Shown piece by piece: positions 54,320-64,000 of a DNA stretch of 64,000 nt (the stretch's first letter is position 1; every line of letters begins with the position of its first letter). The stretch lies in assembly GCF_006345805.1 (NCBI RefSeq), contig NC_043007.1, positions 46,438,001-46,502,000 of the forward strand, written 5' to 3'. A program made the position numbers and the translations under genes. The DNA comes from Octopus sinensis. Lineage: Eukaryota. The notes beneath the pieces were generated by a model. It made no database searches. It was not told the DNA's origin and saw only the letters and a list, made by a program, of their open reading frames with translations.

Positions 54320-55753
54320 TTATTCGGGCAATAATGTGTGCTTGGAGCTCTTGCGTTTGTTGGTTTCACATGGAAATATCGTTTAACGCTCCAGCAGTGC
54401 TGTGTCATCAGGTCTTTGTGCCATCATCCTTGATAACATTCTACCATTGTCCCGAGGTCTTAGTGGAAGCGCTCTCTGTGTTCATCACTTACATGGCAAT
54501 GATCGAGGTGACTATACAAGAAATGGAGTTTAAAACTCAGGAAACACAGCGATTATATGTTGAAAACATTTACTATCAGTATTCAATAGCTTAGCAAATT
54601 GCTTCAACAAGCCCATCTTTATATGGTAGGAAAATAATATTTTCTCAGCTGACAATTGGATCGTTCACAACACTTGGTATGTCTGCTTCCAATGTTTCAC
54701 GAATGGACCACTTCTTCTGAATCCAGTATTTCTCTCGAGCTCGGCTATCGCATATGCAGTGATATCAAGGATATATGTGAAACCTTTCTCTTGGTCGAGG
54801 AAGAAATTGACACTTTTGAAGTCTACACAAATACTCCAGTTGGGCCCATGTTATTTTCGTTGATCAATAACCATTTCTATGTCATTGTATTCTTCTTTCA
54901 AATTCACTGAGTGATCGGCTGGGACAGGTAAATTAATATTGACATTGGGTAGGAGAACACAATTTAGGATACGCTTAGAACTATCTAGGAAAAACAGCCA
55001 GTCAGTGGGACTGTAGTACGAGGTGACTTCTAATACCTGAAGAAGACCGGGAATATCGTGGCAGTAAACAAAATGTTTCTCTTTTGAACAAAATGACACA
55101 AAAATCTTTCCGAAAATAAGAAGCATTTGCAGCTTTGCCAAGTAAATGTTTTTCTTTTAACCTGGTCACTAGAACTTCAGCTGAAATCATGTAGAGTCCC
55201 AAATCACGCTGTAAATAATTCAGTTCTGTATGGCAAAACGGTTGAGGAACTGATTTTTCGGTACCAAAAGAGGGGCCTTGGAATTTCTTGATCTTCGTTA
55301 TAATCTTCGTAAACTTGTTCGCTCGCTTCGTCTCCAGAAGAGGTAAACCCAAGGAAAACTGGAATCCATAGTGCCTCAGAATGCAGAATAGGTATAGGTC
55401 TAATTGCTGAAAGAATATTGCGATAAGGTAGTTTATTGGTATTTTTCTTTCCGGTGACTTCTGTGTTGACCATACAAAATAACAATCACTTGTCAAGCGG
55501 TAGAAACTCCAAACGGCTGTCCCTTTCGTTTTTGTTTGCCTAAACACGAAACATATCCTGACAGTTATGACACACAACATGAGAGGCCCATTTTTTTGTC
55601 TTGGGCGACAAGAAGAATTCCAGAATAGGCTTTATATTCCCCTTTCGCAAATATTATGATACTGCGCCTTTAACGAATAAGTGTGGAGGTGCCAAAGACA
55701 TAGCAGAAGCCATCAGGATTATTCGCCCATCTCTCTCTGCTTGAAGAAGCTAT
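54320..55753 (-). pseudogene. Chapaev3-like (CMC superfamily) DNA transposase pseudogene with internal deletion
   Basis: Broken frames read NNPDGFCY, YKAY.G...QDKKW..HVVCHNC, FCMVNT, SAIRP, ELNYL.RDLGL...AE.L..RLKEKHLL, W.FFLDSSKR.L.CVLL.N.N, LHFLYSHLD, VSDEH.ERFH. The family name is from recall; TIRs not resolved. Confidence 0.8.
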
Positions 55754-56545
55754 GAGCAGCTTTGAAAAAACACAATTTTCAATTCTTAGTAAGTAGTATA
55801 TATGTATCTCAATATGTTAAATTTAACTATAAATCCTCTTAATCTTCACTTTAATTCCTTATTGTCATTTGCATATTTCTACCTGTATCCTTCCTTACTA
55901 TTTATAAAAAAAGTTGATCTCTTATTTCACCTAACTCATCCCTCCTACCAACCGACTTTGTAAACTTACAAGTACATGCACCAACATGCACATCTACTAC
56001 TTCATAATGTAAACACGCTCATGGCACACAATATACACTCCTTAATTGATTGCTAGTAGTAGTCGCCACGATTCTTGACCATTCTATTTTGCTTCCTTCT
56101 GCATGCATAGTTTTTCCTCTCCCTTGACCAAAAATATTTCCATACCCTCTCTCCACCACATTATCATTTCTCCAAATACCACTCCCCGTGCTAATATCTG
56201 TGATTCAACCACAATAATCCTATTGAATACAACCGGTCAAATAACCTTTCTTAAATTCTACTTTCTTCTCACCCACTTATGTCTTTTTTTCTTTGGTCTT
56301 CTTTTAATCGTTATTTCTCTCTTCTTTGAAATTCTCCTCTCCTACTGTGCACTCTACACAATCTGATTGAATCTTCCATGTGTCAACATGTACCCCCTTG
56401 CAACAATTTAAACTTTCACTTAATCAACATATCCTTGGCCTGCGGTATACATTACGCTTGTATATTTACCACTTCCGATGTTTCACTCGCTATGACACAT
56501 GTGTACTCTGGATTTTATCTACCCCATTCCCTAACTCTTGTGTAT

Positions 56546-56632
<87 letters not shown>

Positions 56633-56710
56633 TGTATATATATACATATATACATATTTGGGCGAGAGAGTAAGACAAACCATATATATATATTTTTTTT
56701 TTTTTTAAAT

Positions 56711-56741
<31 letters not shown>

Positions 56742-56758
56742 CTATGTATTTACGTATG

Positions 56759-56793
<35 letters not shown>

Positions 56794-56797
<4 letters not shown>

Positions 56798-57042
56798 ACA
56801 ATTGAGGGTAAGAATTAATTAATTAATCAATTTCACCAAGTGTTCAGTATGTAAAAGGACCATTTAAGGCGAATTCAAAATTTTACATTATATAGTTAGG
56901 GCTTAGTAAAATAAATTACTTTGCCACATACTAAGCCCTAATTATATAATGTAAAATGTTGAATTCGCCTTAAATGGTCCTTTTACATACTGAACACTTG
57001 GTGAAATTGATTAATTAATTAATTTTACCCTCAATTGTTGAT
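56794..57042. repeat. Fold-back: 115/114-bp arms with 20-nt loop at the 5' end of the tandem array
   Basis: 56794-56908 is the reverse complement of 56929-57042 with two substitutions and one indel; junction microhomology TACT at 56929-56932. Confidence 0.95.
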
Positions 57043-57195
57043 ATTATAATTCATTCTCTCGGTCATTGAAGAAATTTACGCCTGCGCATTTTGAATTTGT
57101 TGACACTGTTAGTCGGAGTGGTTCATCTGAAGCGATAAGTTCACTGATAGATAAAGTTCCTTCTTTTTAGTGTTTCCAAATCCAAATTAAGAAAT

Positions 57196-57257
57196 TTTGA
57201 GCTGACGATAGAAATGCTGATTTTATTTGGCTAATCTTGAACGTTGACGTACTCAAA
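57196..57257 (+). ncRNA. Type I hammerhead ribozyme copy 1, core damaged (GAAC instead of GAAAC)
   Basis: tttgag-CTGACGA-stem II-GAAC-gttgacgt-A-ctcaaa. Confidence 0.6.
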
Positions 57258-57753
57258 CGATCTATGTACTTGTGATATTTTTCTGTATTTACCTCCAAAC
57301 ATTCGTGGGCTGTCTGGAGTAAACATTATCTGAGAGAATTTTCTTAAGTTGTAGAAATCCTAAGAAAATTTTTTTGGCTGCTATTTCTACTAAGTTCAGT
57401 ATGTGGCAAAGTAATTTATTTTACTAAGCCCTAATTATATAATGTAAAATTCTGAATTCGCCTAAATGGTCCTTTTACATACTGAACACTTGGTGAAATT
57501 GATTAATTAATTAATTTTACCCTCAATTGTTGATATTATAATTCATTTCTCTCGGTCATACTGCCTCGGTTCTCGCGGTTAAAATATAATGTTTGCTAGA
57601 TAGACCACGTGGGTGGAAGCGGATTGAAGAAATTTACGCCTGCGCATTTTGAATTTGTTGACACTGTTAGTCGGAGTGGTTCATCTGAAGCGATAAGTTC
57701 ACTGATAGATAAAGTTCCTTCTTTTTAGTGTTTCCAAATCCAAATTAAGAAAT

Positions 57754-57816
57754 TTTGAGCTGACGATAGAAATGCTGATTTTATTTGGCTAATCTTGAAA
57801 CGTTGACGTACTCAAA
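57754..57816 (+). ncRNA. Type I hammerhead ribozyme copy 2, intact core, predicted cleavage after GUA at 57810
   Basis: Stem I UUUGAG/CUCAAA, CUGACGA 57760-57766, stem II, GAAA 57797-57800, stem III ACG-UUGA-CGU, H17 = A. The stem II closing pair is a non-canonical U-U. Confidence 0.8.
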
Positions 57817-58314
57817 CGATCTATGTACTTGTGATATTTTTCTGTATTTACCTCCAAACATTCGTGGGCTGTCTGGAGTAAACATTATCTGAGAGAAATT
57901 TTCTTAAGTTGTAGAAATCCTAAGAAAATTTTTTTGGCTGCTATTTCTACTAAGTTCAGTATGTGGCAAAGTAATTTATTTTACTAAGCCCTAATTATAT
58001 AATGTAAAATTCTGAATTCGCCTTAAATGGTCCTTTTACATACTGAACACTTGGTGAAATTGATTAATTAATTAATTTTACCCTCAATTGTTGATATTAT
58101 AATTCATTTCTCTCGGTCATACTGCCTCGGTTCTCGCGGTTAAAATATAATGTTTGCTAGATAGACCACGTGGGTGGAAGCGGATTGAAGAAATTTACGC
58201 CTGCGCATTTTGAATTTGTTGGCACTATTAGTCGGAGTGGTTCATCTAAAGCGATAAGTTCGCTGATAGGTAAAGTTCCTTCTTTTTAGTGTTTCCAAAT
58301 CCAAATTAAGAAAT

Positions 58315-58377
58315 TTTGAGCTGACGATATAAATGCTGATTTTATTTGGCTAATCTTGAAACGTTGACGTACTCAAA
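58315..58377 (+). ncRNA. Type I hammerhead ribozyme copy 3, intact core, predicted cleavage after 58371
   Basis: As copy 2, with one G>T change in stem II. Confidence 0.75.
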
Positions 58378-58558
58378 CGATCTATGTACTTGTGATATTT
58401 TTCTGTATTTACCTCCAAACCTTCGTGGGCTGTCTGGAGTAAACATTATCTGAGAGAAATTTTCTTTAAGTTGTAGAAATGCTAAGAACAATTTTTTTGG
58501 CTGCTATTTCTACTAAGTTCCGTATGTGGCAAAGTAATTTATTTTACTAAGCCCTAAT

Positions 58559-58625
<67 letters not shown>

Positions 58626-59334
58626 CATACGTAAATACATACACTCACACACATTACACACTAATAAATACGCCTTCGCCCTAATTTTATAATTTTATAT
58701 ATACTTTAACAGTATAATGTCATTGCTCGTTTTTTTCTGGATTTTCAGTTACATAAACACTCTGCATTAAACTCTTTTCATTAAACTCATTTGAAATGAT
58801 TTGAATAACACCTACGTTTGAATCCATTTCTTTATTTATTCATGTTATAGAAAAACATTTCTCTTAACCCTAGAATTTCTACCTTTTTAAGTAGGCTGCA
58901 ATATTCTTGGCACTTATGTGAATTTTTATACCCTGGCAACTATTTATTCATTTTTCTTTGTTATTTGTACACATTGAAAAAATATACTTACATTTAAAAG
59001 TTAGAAAATCGTTTGCTAACGTATGTTGCAAGCTTCCTGGTGTGAAATCGTGTGTTAAAACAGATATTGTTGTATTTCGGATGGTCATTTCTTTTTTTTT
59101 AGGGGTGGGTGTATACCAAATAAACACACGCACTATATAATTCTTCTTTACTAGTTTATTACTGTTCTTATTTTAACTCACGTCCATTGTCTGGAAACCT
59201 TTCGTCACACTTCAGTGAGATTTTAGAAAATATTTTATCAGGATGTTACTAACCTTTTTGGGAAAAAAAATTACTAACGTGTTTGGGCGCTTTCCGTTAA
59301 TCTTTCCAAACATACGTGCTATTGGTGAATATAT

Positions 59335-59365
<31 letters not shown>

Positions 59366-61274
59366 CATATACATACACATATATATGTGTGCGTGCGTTC
59401 TCGCCATTTATTTTTGATATGAATTTCATGAATCTTAAATTTCCAGCCATCAATTTTGTGTTTTCTTTCTGTATTCCATGTCGTCCTCACGTGAAAATGT
59501 CATTATATTAAAGCAAATCAATTATTTTCTTTATTCGTTTCCAATGAATGTCATTCCTGCCTCTCATAATCTACTATTGTTTTTTTCCCAATACTACTAA
59601 TAATAAAGGACCGTGGATATATGTGAAATTCGTGCAGACGTGCATTGAAAGACTCCTCTAATAGGTACTTTTTTAAGAGGCTATATTTTTACACTTTCAA
59701 ATTTAATTTAAGAATTTCATCAATGCCTGACCTTTTTCCCTATTAAGATAGCATATTATTTTAAATTAGTTACAAGGGTATACATTTTGGTACACGTTAA
59801 ATTCGATTAAATGGAAGTTAGTACATGATCGATACAATATTTTAACGATTCTGGAAATGATGAATATTAAGAATCGTTCTTAGCAGACAGGATTTCAATA
59901 TCTTTACTCAAAGAATCATGCCACTTACTGATTTAGATAATATAAGTGAGACACTTAGGATACATTACTTTCATGATTAATGTTCTGCGCTACACATTTC
60001 TTGCTTGAGAGTCGATATAACATCATATCTTTTCTCATAATGCAAGTCTGTATAGTTATGAATATGGTTTCAGAACTGCTGTTCTACGTTCTTTACCACC
60101 GCAGCAAGGAATCAGCTTAAGATAAGCCTATCGTTACATATTCAACTTTTCGAAAGGGTGACGAGATCAAAGATAACTACAAAACAGATCACTTTATCTC
60201 AAACGGTTTGGTTTCTGTAGTGGCAAAGTCTGATCAACACAGCCCCTCCAACTGTAGTCGGTCATAATCCAAATACAATAAGCACGAACAACATGCCTAC
60301 GACATCCCATTATATGTAGCAGGACATCCCCCTCTTCATGCATGCACCTGATGTGATACAAACTGCATTGATTGATGCAACACTATCCTAGACAAACGGA
60401 CAGGGGTAAGATGGGTCGTAATGATCCTCGTATTGAATAAAGACTTGTGCTAAATCTATTTTCTGTTTGCTTCATCAATCATTATTATCTCATCTAACAC
60501 TGCGGAATTCCTGATGTAGATCCCGCGGATATATGCCCCAACAGTGGATGATACCCGGTAGCCCAAACTGTGAACATGTTTTACTCAACACGCTAATTGA
60601 CATACACCTGTTACTCCAAAAAATTACACAAGCATATATATGTATGCGCGCGCACGTGTGTGTATGGCAGGCTGGGTTAATGAGTACGGAAAAAACACCC
60701 ATGAAATGTGCCTCAACACAGGTTTGTGGAGGTTCAAATATGACATGAGAAATTCACGGTGTCGATAGAGTTAAAATCGCATCAGAGACGTTGATATGCA
60801 GCATACCCGTATATGCTTGCCTCTGTATTTCAATTTCCAATTCCATTAATCATACTTAGAGATTATCCTCGGATTAGAAACGAAATGTCATTAATATTCT
60901 GGAACAGGTTCAATCAGAATCATTCTTTACAACATATCCTGACACTGTTCTAATAAACAAGGTGTTGCCTAAGATAGTAGGACATTGACATTGTAAATGT
61001 ACCCAGAAGAACCGATACTCATTCCCGTCTAACCTGTTTCACTTAAGAACTATACAAATAGTTTTATTATCCACTCGTACGTTGTTCACAAATATAAACA
61101 TTAATATGAGCCGATTAATAAGAATATGAATATTTCATAATACCTGTAGGCGGAGACTATTCTGAATTATAACGTACTAGTTTAACGGATAAAATGGTGT
61201 CGAGAATAAGGTGTAAATTTTGAATAAACATCATATGATTGCAGCATGATAAACATGCGTATATGTATATATAG

Positions 61275-61378
61275 CGGCTATGTGGTGGCAGTCACGATCG
61301 CGAAATCGTAGTATAAATTCATAAACTGAGCGGGGCGTTGTGTTCTTGAGCAAAGCACTTCACCTCATGTTACTCTCA
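61275..61378 (+). mobile_element. Decayed SINE head
   Basis: ..cggggcgttgtgttcttgagcaaagcacttcacctcatgtt, similar to 51030-51150. Confidence 0.5.
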
Positions 61379-61570
61379 CAGAGGGTATGGAGGTTGGTAT
61401 GTACTTCCGTGATGGTATAGGCTCTTAGGTTTAATCCCAGGTAAATCTAGACAGAATTCAACATAAACGCTTTATTCAAAATACTGCCAAAATTTTGCCT
61501 GGATTTACATGGGATTAAATCTAAGGACCAATATATTCATGGAAGTACGGACCAACCTGCATACCCTCTG
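61379..61570. mobile_element. Fold-back MITE-like element (~80-bp arms)
   Basis: cagagggtatggaggttggt... pairs with ...accaacctgcataccctctg; no TSD seen. Confidence 0.8.
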
Positions 61571-61968
61571 GAAATAAAATGAACTGTGAATTTATTCTCC
61601 TGTCTGTATTCTTCTATCTACTTTTACTCTATGTTTCAATTGTATTCCTTATAAACTGTGAATTTTCGTGTCTAGATCTATCATAATACCTTGTCTTTAA
61701 TGACGGAATGCCCAGTGTACGGACATGCTAGCCTATCACTTGGGATATCTTCAAGTTAACCTTACCCTAATTAAATTATTATAATTGACTAAAGAAACTT
61801 ACCCTGCCTTGGTTTTGATCTCCTTTTCCTCTAATATATACCTGCTAACACGGAAGCCTAATATCGATCCCTAGGTCCATCCTCAGTTGTGAACTTGGAA
61901 CCTAATCACCAGTGAACTAAACCCCTCATATCTTTTATATTTTTATATATGTATGATTATGATATATA

Positions 61969-62013
<45 letters not shown>

Positions 62014-62014
62014 T

Positions 62015-62046
<32 letters not shown>

Positions 62047-62233
62047 AATTAATTCTGAGTCAGCTGATATACTACTGAACTTTTATTCACTACTCCTTTA
62101 TTCTGGCCTGGCACGCTGGTTGAAGACATTTGAATTGCATTTACGATGTATAACGATAACACTTGACATACACTTGTGTCCTTTGGATATGGTATGTATT
62201 TGAGTTTTATAATTATATATCTCCGGCAGTTTG

Positions 62234-63529
62234 TATTGAAGTCCTCAGATAATTTATTTAATTATTAATGGCGAAATTTCGAGATATAGAAATAATTGTC
62301 TTTTTAAAATTATTTTTCAAATGTACTTCCCCGCCTACTTTCAACGAGCTATAAATAAGAATGTATTTTTCGTGATTTGCATATTTGACATCTCATTCCA
62401 GCATGTATGCATGTATACATGTATGTATATGCATACATACTACGTACTTCAACTTGCTGTACAAGCAGGTTGTAATTTTACCATGTGCTTATTCTTAGTG
62501 AAAGTTTTCAAGAGTGCCGTTCGATTTTAACAGTTTTTTTCTAAACTAAATGAAAGGAGCTTATTCGGCATATTTTGTTTTATGAGTTCTATAAAGCAAC
62601 AACGCAAAGGAAAGTGCGAGGAATATTAATGCAGTATATACGGATCGGTCAATAAGTGTCAACGCTGTTTCCAGAAATTCCGAACCAGAAACTGCAACCT
62701 AGAAGACCAGTTCCGTCCTATAAGATCTGTAGAGATCGATGAGGATAACCTGCCTATCCTGGTGGAACAAAATCCCATCGTTACTGATGGGGAACCAGAG
62801 AAGTTTGGATTTGGTCATTCAGCTATTCATCGTCACCTGCAGGTCATCGGAAAAGTCAGTAAATTGGGTCAATGGGTTCCTCACAAACTTTCCGAGACTA
62901 ATCGTGCGCAGAGATAGAAGGTGTGTTTTCTTTACGGTCACGTCACACAATGAAACTGTTCTGGACCGAATAATGACTGGTGACGAGATATGGGTTCTCT
63001 ATGAAGATGTAAAGCGCCGATAACAATGGGTAGAGAAAGGAGAAATACCGGCACTCCAGGTTAAAGAACGTCTTCACCCACGTAAGGATTTTTATCTGTT
63101 TAATGGTATATGAAAGATTTAGTCTATTTTAAACTTAACAAAGGAGATCTACTGCGAGCAGCTTGAGCGGCTTAAGTCATCGCTAAAAGTAAAACAACCA
63201 TCTCTGATTTCAAGACGAAAGGTGTTCTTCCATTAGGAAAATGCGCGGTCACATACAGCGAGGATGACATTCCATATTTGCCGGACATTGCCCCATCAGA
63301 TTATCATTTATTCCGCACTCTACAAAATTATTTTTAAACAGTAGTGGAGGAATATTTTTCGTCATGGACAAGTGAAATTTGGAAGAGGGACTTTGCAAAT
63401 CTACCTGATAGATGGATGAGCATTGTAGAAAATGAAGGAAAGCATATTTTAGATTAAAAAATAACTTTGTTTATTTTAATATTGAAAAATAAAAGAGGTA
63501 TAAAAAACCATTATATATGGGATGTCCCA

Positions 63530-63532
<3 letters not shown>
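62234..63532 (+). mobile_element. Near full-length decayed mariner transposon (~1.3 kb)
   Basis: KLGQWVPHKL, RIMTGDE.W, PYLPDIAPSDYHLFR and RW..IVENEG.H/Y motifs; right TIR-like ccattatatatgggatgtcccaata-TA; left TIR degenerate. Confidence 0.9.
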
Positions 63533-63566
<34 letters not shown>

Positions 63567-63940
63567 ATACACATATATATATTATGAATTTCATTAGCGG
63601 TTGAAATAGCCTCATTAAGGGATAAAAATATCGATTGAATTACTAGTTCTTTACCTATTATTTTTTGTGAATAGTGATAGTAATAAAATAAGTCTAAGTA
63701 TAAATCATGGTTTATTAATATTCAAATTAACATTCGGACAATGTGACTGTAGCATTAATATTATTTATTAACTGCAATAATACAAAATATCCCCTTACAG
63801 CTATTTCAATTTTGCCTTAAGATTAAATTCAATAATCATATCATTGTTTTGGGCAAAATTGATACGTCTGTAAGAAAATATATTGGATTTTTGCAGTTAA
63901 TAAATCTTATTAATGCTACATCTCCATTTTCTGAATTTTA

Positions 63941-63972
<32 letters not shown>

Positions 63973-64000
63973 TGTGTGTGTGTGTGTGTGTGTGTGTATT

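Larger units (their letters stand above)
56929..58566 (+). repeat. Three tandem ~560-bp non-coding units (retrozyme / non-autonomous PLE candidate)
   Basis: Unit anchor tactaagccc at 56929, 57422, 57982 and 58545; the first unit lacks ~65 bp; no ORF. Confidence 0.95.

Noticed and set aside
56929-58566. CRISPR-like or ordinary satellite array
   Set aside because: There are no unique spacers and the units are ~560 bp. The hammerhead and fold-back favour a retroelement origin over a simple satellite.
59175-59230. Minus-strand ctgaagtgtgacgaaag hammerhead-like motif
   Set aside because: Several core positions are wrong and there is no valid UH cleavage site.
60253-60499. Solo-LTR-like segment (TGT...AATAAA...TAACA)
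   Set aside because: No target-site duplication and no second copy in the window.

Overview
AT-rich, non-coding animal DNA dominated by repeats. The SINE families and microsatellite content look like an octopus genome; that taxon call is from recall, not a search. No host protein-coding exon could be supported, and almost all long ORFs are either microsatellite artefacts or transposon remnants. The window holds five R4/Dong-like non-LTR retrotransposon copies, mostly sitting in (TAA)n tracts, and a ~555-bp non-coding element riding the same tracts. It also holds tRNA-derived SINEs, CR1 and RTE fragments, two mariner remnants, a Chapaev3-like transposase pseudogene, hAT MITEs, several fold-backs and Penelope-like (PLE) fragments. 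The main finding is at 56.7-58.6 kb: three tandem ~560-bp non-coding units, each carrying a type I hammerhead ribozyme fold (two with an intact core). The array is preceded by a 115-bp fold-back and bracketed by (AT)n plus a 22-bp inverted flank, consistent with a retrozyme or non-autonomous PLE that could yield a 561-nt self-cleaved, possibly circular, RNA. All alignments and folds were done by eye.
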